A stretch of 64,000 nt of DNA from Mobula birostris (taxonomy: Eukaryota). Of the stretch, positions 1-12,406 are shown piece after piece. Numbering within the stretch: the stretch's first letter is position 1; every line of letters starts with the position of its first letter. Below the pieces are notes generated by a model that saw nothing but the letters and a program-made list of their open reading frames with translations, searched no databases and was not told the origin of the DNA. The DNA is taken from NCBI RefSeq assembly GCF_030028105.1, contig NC_092398.1, forward strand, positions 25,125,649 through 25,189,648. Reading direction: 5' to 3'. Made by a program: the position numbers and the translations under genes.

Positions 1-89
1 AGTACATTGTGGTAAGTATAAAGGTGCTTTAGGAGGGCATTAGGCTAAAACCTGTTCAGAAACACTGACCTACACAAACTCCTGTCACC

Positions 90-572
90 TGCCCTAATTT
101 GACAAACTCTATCCCATCTCGTCCTTTTACAGCATGGGAGTCCCAGTCAATGTGTGTAAAGTTAAAATCACCTTCTATAACAACCTTATGTTTCCTGAAA
201 CTGTCTGTGATCTCCCTACAGATTTATTCCTCTAAATCCCTCGGACTGTTGGGTCGTCTGTAATATAGTCCCATGAACATAGTCATACCTTTCTTTTTTC
301 TCAGAGTGCCTCACTAGACGAGTTCCCCAGTCTGTCTCGATTGAGCACTGCTGTGACATTTTCTTTGACAAGTAATGCCAGCCCTCCTGCTTTAAACCAT
401 CCTACTCTGTTGCATCTAAAACAGACCCTGGAATATTGAGCTGCCAGTCCTGACCCTCCTACAACCAGGTCTCACCAATGGCTATAATATCATAACTCCA
501 AGTGTTAATTCATGCCCTAAGCTCATCCACCTTTCCTACGCTACTTCTTGCATTGAAATATACACAGCTCAC
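90..572 (-). mobile_element. CR1 LINE fragment (endonuclease region)
   Basis: Reverse strand encodes a degenerate CR1 APE endonuclease (GLYYRPPNS-type motif), homologous to the CR1 pieces at 32270-32530 and 50690-50950. Confidence 0.75.
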
Positions 573-574
573 TG

Positions 575-1522
575 TACACCCATGATTGTGGAGCCAAGTT
601 TCCATCAAACTCAATGTATAAGTTTGCTGAATACACTACAATTGTAGGCCATATCTTGGGTAATGATGAGTTTGAGTACAGAGAGGAAATTAAGAACCTG
701 ATGGCATGGTGCGAAAACAATAACCTATCCCTCAACGTCAGCAAGACGAAGGAATTGGTTGTTGACTTCAGAAGGAGTAGCGGACCGCACGACCCCACTT
801 ACATCGGTGGTGCCCAAGTGGAACAGGTCAAAAGCTTTAAGTTCCTCGGGGTCAATATCACAAATGACCTGACTTGGTCCAACCAAGCAAAGTCCACTGC
901 CAAGAAGGCCCACCAGTGCCTTTACTCCTGAGAAAACTAAAGAAATTTGGCCTGTCCCCTAAAACCCACACTAATTTTTATAGATGCACCGTAGAAAGCA
1001 TTCTTCTAGGGTGCATCACAACCTGGAATGGAAATTGTCCTGTCCAAGACCGGGAGAACCTGCAGAAGATTGGCAACACAGCCCAGCACATCACACAAAC
1101 CAATCTTCCGTCCTTGGACTCACTTTACACAGCACGCTGTCGGAGCGGTGCTGCCAGGATAATCAAGGACACAACCCACCCAGCCAACACACTTTTTGTT
1201 CCTCTTCCCACCAGGAGAAGGCTCAGGAGCTTGAAGACTCGTACGGCCAGATTTGGGAACAGCTTCTTTCCAACTGCGATAAGACCGCTGAACGGATCCT
1301 GACCTGGATCTGGGCCGTACCCTCCAAGTATCCGGACCTGCCTCTAATTTTTTTTGCACTACCTTACTTTCCCTTCTCTATTTTCTATTTATGATTTATA
1401 ATTAAAATTTTAATATTTACTATCGATTTGTACTCCAGGGAGCGCGAAGCGCAGAATCAAATATCACTGTGATGATTGTAGGCTCCAGTATCAATTGTTT
1501 GGCGACAATAAAGTAAAGTAAA
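575..1522 (+). mobile_element. Rex1/Babar-type LINE 3' portion (RT C-terminus, DUF1891-like region, 3' UTR)
   Basis: ORFs 614-931 and 874-1302: YKFAEYTTIVG...WCENNNLSLNVSKTKELVVDFRR, LRKLKKFGLSPKTHTNFYRCTVESIL. Tail (TAAAG)n near 1510. The same 3' UTR recurs at about 12818-13060. Confidence 0.85.
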
Positions 1523-1924
1523 ATTAAATTTCAGGACATGCAACCTTTCAAATCCTGACTTAGTCTGAGGTCTTACCAACATCTGTCTCAACAATCTCTC
1601 CGCTAACTGTTCTGGCACTCTAGTTCCCATCCCCCTGCAACTCTAGTTTAAACCCCACCCTGAAGCACTAGTAAACCTTCCCACTAGGATATTAGTCCCC
1701 TTCCCTTTCAGGGGTAAACCATCTCTTCTGCACAGATTCCACCTTCCCCTCTCTCCCATCTCAGTCACTAAAGCTTGTAACTCCTCCAGAGTTGTCATAG
1801 ATCTCTTGGTGGCCTCCCTCACTCGTCCCCTTCTTGCATGGTCATCCAAAAATCTTATGTGCTTCCTCCTACATCAACTCATTAGCCACGTGTTAAGCTG
1901 TATAAACTTCCTATTCACCCCTTT

Positions 1925-3299
1925 TATTATGACACACCAAATCATCACTGGTGCAGCCAATTAGTCTTAGAAGTCACGTAATTTGTTTTCTGTTTTTGAA
2001 GACCTGTGTGCAGACAGGGTGTTTCAATTGATAGCAGTAAAAATACACCTATATCTGGAAGGTCCAACTGCTCGTGAACCAGTGTCCAGGTAAAAACTAC
2101 ACCATGAAACAAAAGAACTCTCCAAGCAGCTCCGCCAAAAGCACAAGTCAGGAGATGGATACAAGAAAATTTTCAAGTCACTGAATATCCCTTGGAGTGC
2201 AGTTGTTGATCATCAAGAAATGGAGAGAATATGGCACAGCTGTAAATCTGCCCAGAACAGGCCGTCCTCAAAAACTGAGTGACCATGCAAGAAGGGGACG
2301 AGTAAGGGAGGCCACCAAGAGATCTACAACAACTCTGGAAGAGTTACAAGCTTTAGTGGCTGAGATGGGAGAGACTGCACTTACAACAACTGTTACCGGG
2401 TGCTTCACCAGTCACTGCTTTATGGGAGAGTGGCAAAGAGAAATCCACTGTTGAAAAAAACTCACATGAAACCTTGGCTAGACCTTGCCAGAAGGCATGT
2501 GGGAGACTCTGAAGTCATCTGGAAGAAGGTTCTATGGTCTGATGAATCCAAAAGTGAGCTTTTTGGCTATCAGACTAAACACTGTGCTTGGCATAAGCCA
2601 AACACTGAACATCCTCAAAAACACACCATCCCTCCTGTGAAGCATGCTGTGGGGATGCTTCACTGCAGCGAGCCCTGGAAGGCTTGTGAAGGTAGAGGGT
2701 AAAATGAATGCAGCAAAATACAGGGAAATCATGGAAGAAAACCTGATTCATTCTGCAAGAGAACTACGACCTGGGAGAAAATTTGTTTACCAGCAAGACA
2801 ATGACTCCAAGCATAAAGCCAAAGTTACAGAGGAGTGGCTTAAAAACAACAAAGTTAATGTCCTGGAGTGGCCAAGTCAGAGTCCAGACCTCAATCCAAT
2901 TGAGAATTTGCGGCTGGGCTTGAAAAGAGCTGTTCACTCACTACTCCCGTGCAATCTGACAGAGCTTGAACAGTTTTGTAAAGGAGAATGGGGAAAATTT
3001 GCAGTATCTAGATGTGCAAAGCTGATAGAGACCTATCCACACAGACTCAAGGCTGTAAATGCTGCCAAAGATGCATCTACTAAATACTGACTTGAAGGGG
3101 GTAAATACTTATGCAGTCAATTATTTTGTGTTTTATGTTTGTAATTAATTTGGATCACTTTGTTGAGATACGTTTTCACTTTGACACGAAAGAGTTATTT
3201 TCTGTTGATCAGTATAAAAAAGCCAAATTAAATCCACTGTGTTTTAATAGAAAATGGAACTTCTGCGGGGGTGGGGTATGAATACTCTTTATGGCACTG
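1925..3299 (+). mobile_element. Tc1-like DNA transposon, 5'-truncated, frameshifted transposase
   Basis: ORFs 2197-3090 give an HTH plus DDE motifs LWSDESK, QQDNDSKH, SPDLNPIE. The right end is ...GGCACTG followed by TA. Confidence 0.9.
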
Positions 3300-3552
3300 T
3301 ATCTATCAATATTATGTATCACAATGTACTGCTGCTGCAAAACAACATTCATGACCTATATCGGTGATACTAAACCTGATTCTGAAATAATAGTACTATC
3401 ACTGGCTTGAATTTATAGTAAATGTATTTTTGTTAAAGAAAAAAGGTGGGGACACTGTTCCCGGCACTTGTAGAATTGGCTGCAGTCCAAGGTCAAAATA
3501 ACTTCCTCTGTTCGACGTGAGCTTGTATTCAATCATCCAGTTAACCACATAC

Positions 3553-3811
3553 AATTCAGGGTCAGAACATTCTGGTAAACGCTCTCTGCAATGAAAGGGA
3601 CGAAGGCTTGGTATGGTTGACTTCAATGACAGCCAGGGGGTTGCAGTGGTTCAGGCCTCTGATGAAAGCTTCCAAAGTGAAACGCTGGCCCCGAATTTAC
3701 TCGCAGATAAATCAAAGTAGGTGACATCTTTGCCGTTATAACCAAGTCACAGGTCCGTTCTCGAGAACCACGAAGCTGTGCTGGAGTAGATTGTCTAACT
3801 GATGTGCATTC
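3553..3811 (-). pseudogene. Decayed MHC membrane-distal (beta1/alpha2-like) domain exon, paralog of 24885-25141
   Basis: Manual translation MHIS*TIYSSTASWFSRTDL*LGYNGKDVTYFDLSASKFGA...EAFIRGLN...PFIAESVYQNVLTLN aligns in register with the 24885-25141 exon. It has two stops and two frameshifts; the acceptor AG is changed to TG (3813-3812); the donor is GTATGT at 3552. Confidence 0.8.
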
Positions 3812-4226
3812 CAGATAAACACAAATTAGAAGGATAGTTTAACAGTCAAAGCCATTCTGAGTTGGGAATGAGTTACTTAAGACAAGGTGACTTCTATCTC
3901 CAAAGTTGCAGATTGCATCTACCAGTTACAGTTTCAATCTCTTTCCTCTCATGTTAGACATCACAACATCAATGCCTCAACAAGCTCTGTAGAACTATAC
4001 AGCATAGAAACAGGCCCTTCAGCTCAACTGGTCCATGCTGGCCAAGATTCACATCCAAACCAATACTACTTGTCCACATTTGGCACACATCATTTACCCT
4101 GTTTGCACTCCCTGCCGTCCCCTCTTCTCCCTCTCCCCCACCTTGAAATCTTTCTTATCCATGTATCTTTCAAATGCTGCTGTCCTGCCTGCCTCAATCA
4201 ATTCCCCTCGTAGTTTGTGGAATTAT

Positions 4227-6845
4227 GATGTTTGTGGCCATGACAGAGACTTGGCTGCACCAGGGCAGGAATGGATTCTCAATATTCCTGGATTTCAGTG
4301 CTTTAAAAGGGATAGAGAGGGGGGAAATAGGGGAGGAGGGGTGGCATTACTGGGCAGGAATACTATTACAGCTACAGAAAGGGTGAGTAATTTAGCAGGA
4401 TCCTCTTTTGAGTCAATATGGGTGGAAGTCAGGAACAGGAAGGGTGCAGTTACTCTACTGGGGGTATTCTACAGGCCCCCTGGTAGCAGCAGAGATACAG
4501 AGGAGCAGATTGGGAGGCAGATTTTGAAAAGGTGCAAAAATAACAGGGTTGTTATAATGGGTGACTTTAACTTCCTTAATATTGATTGGCACCTGATTAG
4601 TTCCAATGGTTTATACAGGGCAGAGTTTGTTAAGTGTGTCCAGGATGGATTCCTGTCACAGTATGTTGACAGGCCGACGAGAGGGAATGCCATATTAGAT
4701 CTAGTATTAGGTAACGAATCGGGTCAGGTCACAGATCTCTCAGTGGGTGAACATCTGGGGGACAGTAACCGCCGCTCCCTGGCCTTTAGCATTATCATAG
4801 AAAAGGATAAAATCAGAGCGGACAGGAAAATTTTTAATTGGGGAAGGGCAAATTATGAGGCTATAAGGCTAGAACTTGCAGGTGTGAATTGGGATGATGT
4901 TTTTGCAGGGAAATATACTACGGACATGTATAGGGATGTTTAGGGATCTCTTGCGGGATGTTAGGGATAAATTTGTCCCGGTGAGGAAGATAACAAGTGG
5001 TAGGGTGAGGGAACCATGGATGACAAGTGAGGTGGAAAATCTAGTCAGGTGGAAGAAGGCAGCATACATGAGGTTTAGGAAGCAAGGATCAAATGGGTCT
5101 ATAGAGGAATATAGGGTAGCAAGAAAGGAGCTTAAGAAGGGGCTGAAAAGAGCAAGAAGGGGCCATGAGAAGGCCTTGGCGAGTAGGGTAAAGGAAAACC
5201 CCAAGGCATTCTTCAATTATGTGCAGAACAAAAGGATGACAGGAGTGAAGGTAGGACCAATTAGAGATAAAGGTGGGAAGATGTGCCTGGAGGCTGTGGA
5301 AGTGAGTGAGGTCCTCAATGAATACTTCTCTTCGGTATTCACCAATGAGAGGGAACTTGATGACGGTGAGGACAATATGAGTGAGGTTGATGTTCTGGAG
5401 CATGTTGATATTAAGGGAGAGGAAGTGTTGGAGTTTAAAATACATTAGGACAGATAAGTCCCCAGGGCCTGACAGAATATTCCCCAGGCTGCTCCTCGAG
5501 ACGAGGAAAGAGATTGCTGAGTCTGGCTAGGATCTTTATGTCCTCGTTGTCCACGGGAATGGTACCGGAGGATTGGAGGGAGGCGAATGTTGTCCTCTTG
5601 TTCAAAAAAGGTAGTAGAGATAGTCCGGGTAATTATAGACCTGTGAGCCTTACGTCTGTGGTGGGAAAGCTGTTGGAAAAGATTCTTAGAGATAGGATCT
5701 ATGGGCATTTATGGATTAGATTATGAAGACACGCAGTCCTCTCTTATTGTCATTTAGTAATGCATGCATTAAGAAATGATACAATATTTCCTCCGGAGTG
5801 ATATCACAAAACACAGGACAGACCAAGACTGAAAAAACTGACAAAACCACATAATTATAACATACAGTTACAACACTGCAACAATACCATAACTGATGAA
5901 GTAGTCCATGAGCACAGTAAAAGTTCAAAGTCTCTCAAATGTCCCACATCTCACGCAGACGGGAGAAGGAAGAACTCTCCCTGCCATGCCGACCACAGTC
6001 CGATTCTGAGTCATCCGAAAACTTCAAGCTCTGATCAGCTCTCCGACACCGAGTACTGAACGCCATCTCTGTCCGAACGATTCGACCTCAATCTTGGTCG
6101 CCAACAGCAGGCAAACCGGGGATTTTGAGGCCTACCCTCCGAAAGGTTCCCGACCACACAGTAACGACAGCAGCGAACGAGTGTTTCAGAAATTTCTCCA
6201 GATGTTCCTCTGTGCTTTCACATCCCTCTACATCAAATCAGAATTGTCCACGGCCCCTATTTAACGGATATGATATCATTTAGAGTTCTTTGAGGAGGTG
6301 ACCAGGCATATAGATGAGGGTAGTACTTGGAGTACTGTGTCCAGTTCTGGTCGGCTCACTACAGGAAGGATGTGGAAACATTGGAAAGGGTACAGAGGAG
6401 ATTTACCAGGATGCTGCCTGGTTTAGAGAGTATGGATTATGATCAGAGATTAAGGGAGCTAGGGCTTTTCTCTTTGAAGAGAAGGAGGATGAGAGGAGAC
6501 ATGATAGAGGTATACAAGATATTAAAAGGAATAGATAGAGTGGATAACCAGTGCCTCTTCCCCAGGGCACCACTGCTCAATACAAGAGGACATGGCTTTA
6601 AGGTAAGGGGTGGGAAGTTCAAGGGGGATATTAGAAGAAGGTTTTTTACTCAGAGAGTGGTTGGTGCGTGGAATGCACTGCCTGAGTCAGTGGTGGAGGC
6701 AGATACACTAGTGAAGTTTAAGAGACTACTAGACCGGTATATGGAGGAATTTAAGGTGAGGGTTATATGGGAGGCAGGGTTTGAGGGTTGGCACTACATT
6801 GTGGACCGAAGGGCCTGTACTGTGCTGTACTATTCTATGTTCTAT
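4227..6845 (+). mobile_element. CR1 LINE ORF2 (EN, part of RT, C-terminus), internally deleted and interrupted at about 5706-6282 by another repeat
   Basis: ORFs 4035-4943 (GVFYRPP, MGDFNF, PTRGNAILDL), 4894-5448, 5514-5726 (PEDWREANV, NYRPVSLTS) and 6327-7007 (EYCVQFWS, FFTQRVVGAWN). Confidence 0.92.
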
Positions 6846-7189
6846 ACGGATATATACACACATAGTTCTCCAACTGGGACAAGCCCTCTTCTCATTACAA
6901 TCGTCGGGATGAGGTTCAGGAGGCTGAAGAGCCAGCTTCTGCCATCAGATTTCGGAACAGTTCATGAATCCATGAACACTGTTCTCTTTTTTTGCACTAA
7001 TTTATGATCTATGCACCGTACTGCCGCTGTAAAGCTACAAATGATCAGAATCAGGTTTATTTTCACCGGTGTATATTAGCAGCGGCAATAAATGATTTTA
7101 GAGAAAGAAAATTAAACAACCAAGTAAATCAATTACAGAAGTATATGTATATATTGAATAGATTAAAATATATATTTAAAAGAAGTGAG

Positions 7190-7625
7190 GTAGTTTTCAT
7201 GTTTTCAATGTCCATTTAGGAATCTTATGGCAGAGGGGAAGAAGCTGTTCCTAAATCGCTGAGTGTGTGCCTTTAGGCTTCTGTACCTCTTTCCTGGCAG
7301 TAACAATGAGCCAAGGGTATGTTGTGGGTGATGGGGATCCTTAATAATGGACATTGCCTTTCTGAGGTACCGCTCCTTGAAGATGTCTTGGATACTACGG
7401 AGGCTAGCACCCAAGATGGAGCAGACTAATTCTACAACTTTCTGTAGCTTCTCTCGGTCCTGTACCTGCCCCCTACCATACCTGACAGTGATGCAGCCTG
7501 TCAGAATGCTCTCCACAGTATATCTACAGAAGTTTTAAAGTGTTTTAGGTGACAAACCAAATCTCTTCAAACTTCTAATAAAATATAGCCACTGTGTCGC
7601 CTTTTTTATAGCTGGATCAATATGT
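7190..7625 (-). mobile_element. Rex1/Babar-type LINE 3' fragment
   Basis: ORF 7205-7516: MESILTGCITVRYG...IIKDPHHP...RFRNSFFPSAIRFLN. Confidence 0.8.
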
Positions 7626-8104
7626 TGGGACCAGGTTAGGTCCTCCGAGATCTTGACACCCAGGACTTGAAATCGCTCACTCTCTCATTGTGTCCTATAC
7701 GAAACTTATGATTTAAACTGATCCCGATACTGACCACCCTCTGGGTGAAAAAGTTGCACCTCAGGCTCATAGTGAATCTCTCTTCTCTCATTTTAAACCT
7801 ACACTCTCTAGTTCTTGATTCCCCAACGCTGGGAAAAAGACTGCACATTCACCCTAAGTATGCTGTTCAGGATTTGGCAAGGTGGAAATGAGGAGGATCA
7901 AAGTGAGCAAGGTTAGGAAGGAGGAGGAGGAGGAGGCAAAAGCAATCTCCATAATTCCCTCCATTTAAGTGACACCCAACGCCATCCCCTCCCATTTGTC
8001 CCTCCCACCCACATTTGCCACTAATCCCCCAGGCACCTTGATAACCATCCCCCATCATAAACCAAGTCCTCCTTCCATTTATTCCCTCTCACCTATTGCA
8101 TGAT

Positions 8105-8325
8105 GGGCATGTGGCCAAGTGGTTAAGGCGTTCGTCTAGTTACCTCAAGGTTGCTAGTTCGAGCCTCAGCTGCGGCAGCGTGTTTGTGCTCTTGAGCAAG
8201 GCACTTAATCACACATTGCTCTAGTCTGTGCGAGGAGTGGCGCCCCACACAGACTTCCAATCTGTGCCTTGTAAGACATGAAAAATGCCGGACGCAGGCC
8301 TCTCATAGTCTGAGTCGATGCTGCC
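8105..8325 (+). mobile_element. tRNA-derived SINE
   Basis: Head GGGCATGTGGCCAAGTGGTTAAGG (A box) and GTTCGAGCC (B box), followed by a SINE body (TTGAGCAAGGCACTTAA) rather than a tRNA 3' acceptor stem. Confidence 0.75.
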
Positions 8326-8849
8326 CCCCCACCTATTGAACCCATTTCTTCACCCCCTGTGAATCAGTCTGCACTGCCTCCTCACACACACCCCTTCAGC
8401 ACAAATCTCTGAAACCACCCCCTTAACCTCAGCACCCCCACTCATCACTCACTCCATATTTACCTGCTCACACTTTGCACAGACCTGGTTAGCTTCAACC
8501 AGTACTCCAACCCTTCAGTCCCACCATCTGTAATCACCTTCCAACCCCTGCACCACCCAGTAACACACACACTCAATGCACCCACACCTGAATCCCATGC
8601 TCTGCAACTGTCTCATTCTTTCCACCCTCTGCACCATTCTTCACCCCACCCTCTGCATCTACCTTCTCAACACCTAATGCACCCACCCTTTTAAGTCCAT
8701 TACCTCTCCCCCTCCCTGCGCACCCACACATCACTCCCATTCTCTGTAGCCACCCTTCTGAATCCATCTGCTCGACACCCTATCCCTGTTCCATCTAAGC
8801 CGTCCAGATGTGTGGCTGCGCAGTTACTGAAATGCTCCCGCTCACATAC

Positions 8850-8943
8850 CCTTCGTAGCTGTGCAGCTGGAATTTTCTTTAGTGCTCACTGCGAACGTGG
8901 ATTCAGTTTTTTGAATTAAATCATATGTAAATCTGGGAACAGA
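8850..8943 (-). other. Candidate small exon (possible cytoplasmic-tail exon of the MHC-like gene)
   Basis: TTCCACTTGTAG acceptor, open frame SVPRFTYDLIQKTESTFAVSTKENSSCTATK-G, donor G|GTATGT. Its phase is compatible with the 41-nt candidate exon at 10896-10936. Based on splice signals only; no homology support. Confidence 0.3.
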
Positions 8944-9599
8944 CTACAAGTGGAACATTTAGATGATCTGATCAGGGCTAAGAAGTATCTTTCAGCTGAA
9001 TGACGTTTACAGGCAATGGATTCGTAATAAAGACAGACAAGAAAAAGTTTATGAAACTAGCAAGACTTTCTTTGTTGTGCTGTATTTAATTATGCCCTTC
9101 AATTAATAAGTAAAATAAAATGTATGTGATTCTAAAAACGCAAACACGAGAAAATCTGCAGATGCTGGAAATTCAAGCAACACACACACAAAATGCTGGT
9201 GGAACGCAGCAGTCCAGGCAACATCTATAGGAAGAAGTACAGCTGACGTTTCGGGTCGAGACCCTTCGTCAGGACTAACGGGAAAAAGACATAGTAAGAG
9301 ATTTGAGAGTGGGAGGGGGAGGAGGAGACCCGAAATGATAGGAGAGGAGGGGGAGGGATGAAGCCAAAAGCCTCTGATCTGGGTTGACATTTACATGCCA
9401 GATGGCACCAAATTAATTAGCTTGTTTATTTCGGCTTTTTTCTCAAAGACGTGCTGGGTGCGCTCTGGCTACCGCTGCACACCTGCATTCTTCGCGGCCC
9501 GAAGGCTGGGGACCACTGCCCTAGAACTGCCCATCACTCTCCGGGCCTCATTAGGCATTTGTCAAATCCGCACTTGTAGTATTGTGAGCAGTTTTATCT

Positions 9600-10860
9600 G
9601 AGAATAGATGTGCTTGCGTTGGCGAGGGTTCAGAGGAGGTTCACAGGAAATGATCCTGGGAACGAAAGGGTTAACATGCGGACAGCATTTCACAGGTGAA
9701 GGGAAAGTAGTGTCAAGGAAGCAGGGTGTCAGTAGAAGGACTTAGATTGGGAGAATTGGCAAAGAAGTAGCAGATGGAACAGTATCGGGAAGTGTATTTT
9801 GGCAGAAGGAATAAAGGCGTAGATTATTTTTCTGAATGGAAGGAAATTCAGAACTCAGAAGTGCGAAGGAACTTGGGAGTACTTATGCAGGATTCCCTAA
9901 AGGTTAATTTGCAGCTTGAGTCGGTGCTGAGGAAGGCAAATGCAATGTGAGCATTTGTTTTGAGAGGACTAGAACATAAAAGCAAGGGCGTGATACTGAG
10001 GCTTTATAAGGTACTGGTGAGACCTCACTTGAAGTATTATGAGCAGTTTCGGGCCTCTTATCTAAAAAGGATGTACCAGGTTTAGAGAGGGCCCAGAGGA
10101 GGTTTATGAGAATGATCCCAGGGAGGAAAGTATTAACCGTGAGAAAACACAAATCCGAGGTGCAAAGGGAATTGGAGGTCCTCGAACAGGATTCCCTAAA
10201 GGTTAATTTGCAGGTTGAGTCAGGAGTAAGGAAGGCAAGTGCAGTGTTACCATTCTTTTATGCTGAGGCTTCATAAGAGATTGGTCTTACGCAGTTTGAA
10301 TATTGGAGAGGGTCCAAATGAGGTTAATGAGAATGATTCTGACAATGCAAGGGTTAACATATGATGAGCATTTGATGACTCTGGGCCTGTACTTGGTGGA
10401 GTTTAGAAGAATGATGGGGGTGGGGGGTGGGGATGTAAATCTCATTCAATCCTATCAAATACTGAAAAGCCTAGATAGAGTGGACGTGGAGAGGATGTTT
10501 CCTCTCGTGGGGGAGTCTAGGAGCAGAGGACACAGCCTCAGAATAGAAGGACATACCTTTAGAACAGAAGTGAGAAGGAATTTTGTTAGGTAAGTCCCTT
10601 AATTCATTGCCATAGACTGCTCTGGAGGCTACGTCACTGGGTATATTTAAAGATGAAGTTGATAGGCTCTTGATTATTAATGGTGTCAAAGGTTACGGGG
10701 AGAAGGCAGAAATATGGGGTTGAGAGAATAATAAATTAGCTATGAAATGCCAAAGCAGATTCACTAGGCCAAATGGACTAATTCTGCTCTTATAATTTAC
10801 GATCTTATGGTGATCAGCATGGTCCAGTTGGGCTGAAGGGCCCATATCTGTATTACTCCA
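9600..10860 (+). mobile_element. Several decayed CR1 3' fragments
   Basis: For example ORF 10303-10593 (MERVQMRLMRMI...RMFPLVGESRSRGHSLRIEG). Confidence 0.8.
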
Positions 10861-10895
10861 TGACTGATGTAGAAAGGGGAGATACTGGTCCTCAC

Positions 10896-10936
10896 CAGGT
10901 TACAGCAGGATTCTGTTCCTGCGAAACAATCGTAAC
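10896..10936 (-). other. Candidate 41-nt exon (possible cytoplasmic exon of the MHC-like gene)
   Basis: TTTTCAACCCATTCAG acceptor, GYDCFAGTESCCNL in phase 1 to phase 0, donor CTG|GTGAGG. It sits in a short non-repeat island. Based on splice signals only. Confidence 0.35.
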
Positions 10937-10965
10937 CTGAATGGGTTGAAAATGTGAACCAAATC

Positions 10966-12325
10966 ACCCAATCATGTGGCAGCAACTCAATGCATCAAAG
11001 CATACAGACAAGGCCAAGAGGTCCAGTTGTTGTTCAGACCAAACATCAGATTGGGGAAGAAATGTGATCCAAGTGACTTTCACCATGGAATCTAGTCAAG
11101 ATGGCTCCTGTGTACAACGTCCTCCTGGTCGACATCTACCAGATAGTCCATGAAACTGTTTATTTCATTTCTTTTACGTCTGCTTTTCATCTTAACTGTG
11201 TTTCTGAAACTGTTAAGAGCCTGTGATTTACAGTTTGGAGATCAATTGAGTGATCTAGTGCTTTGCTGTCTCCGGGAAGATTCCAGGAAGCTCAAACAGC
11301 CTCAAGGTGAAGCAGCTTAAAGATAAGGCAGGGGCCAATAATCGACTCCGTTTTGCCGATTAAAGTGTCGAGGAAGATTGAATCTGAGGCAACTGCTTGC
11401 CTTTTGATTGCAGGGATGGATTTCTCTGCTGTGAGAGGAGTTTGTGTGGTGCCTTTCACTCACTGTTGTTGGCAGGAAGGCCTCTGTGTTTGAGTGGTCT
11501 CTCTCTCTCTCCCGCTGTTAGTCAGAGGACATTACCAAGGTTCTGAATTTATGGATTGGACTATAGACTTTTTCAGTATTATGATTTTTATATTCTGTGT
11601 TTTCCCCTGTTCTTTCACCTTATTGTTGCAGAGCATGTTTTGTTAGTTTTTTGTGCAGGGGAGGGGGTTTAGGGCTTGATGTTTTTGTTAGTTTTTTACG
11701 TGAGGGAGTGGGGTTTTGGTGGGTTGATGTTCTTGTTGCATTTTGACTTTTTTCCTGCAGGGTGGGGGTTTGGGGGGGTTGATGTTCTTGTTAAGTTTTG
11801 ATTTTTTTGTGCAGTGGAGGGTGAGGGTTGACGTTTATCTTTGAATGACTTCCATGGATTTCTTTTTTTTTGTGGCTGTCTGGAGAAGATGAATCTCAGA
11901 GTTGAATACTGAATACATAGATTGATAATAAATGTACCTTTGAACGATGCTGATGCACGACGGGGTGGTTTGAGTACCTCAGAAATTGTTGAGCTCGCGG
12001 GATTTTCAGGCACAAGTCTCGAGAGTTTAAAGTGAACAGTGTGAAAAACAAAAAAAAAAAATCATCTACTGAGTGGCAGTTGTGGGCAAAAGTGCCTTGT
12101 TAGTGAGATTTCAGAGGAGAATGGCCAGACTGGTTCCAGCTAACAGGAACACGACAGTAACTGAAAGAACCGCCTGATACAACGTTGGTGTGCGGAAGAG
12201 CGTCACTGAACGCAAACATTTCCAACCTTGAAGCGGATGAGCTACAGCAGCATAAGACCACGACCTTACACTCAATGGTCACTTTATTATGTAGAGGAGG
12301 TGCCTGATAAAGTGGCCACTGAGTG
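10966..12325. mobile_element. Non-autonomous Tc1-like element, left end truncated, with an unclassified retro-like repeat inserted at about 11092-11944
   Basis: Right TIR ...GATAAAGTGGCCACTGAGTG followed by TA. The same family occurs at about 13491-13960, 30444-30850 and 44640-44755. The insert ends in AATAAATGTACCTTTGAAC. Confidence 0.7.
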
Positions 12326-12406
12326 TATAATATAGTGTTGGACAGAGTGTGAACCAGATCATCACCAGTACACGGGACCCCAAATTACTCAGACACTGAG
12401 CCTTAC

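Noticed and set aside
874-1302. ALKBH8-like host gene (DUF1891-type match)
   Set aside because: This region is the C-terminus of Rex1/Babar LINE ORF2, occurs in several decayed copies in the window, and no AlkB domain is present.
7867-8058. Leu-rich minus-strand stretch as a decayed leader or TM exon
   Set aside because: The hydrophobicity comes from a (GGA)n run, and there is no usable splice donor.
8105-8180. tRNA gene
   Set aside because: It has A and B boxes but no cloverleaf 3' stem and continues into a SINE body.
12279-12406. Read-through of the C1 exon giving a hydrophobic patch (VLVMIWFTL) as a TM segment
   Set aside because: A strong GTAAGG donor sits at the canonical domain end; the patch is too short and the frame runs into a Tc1 terminus.
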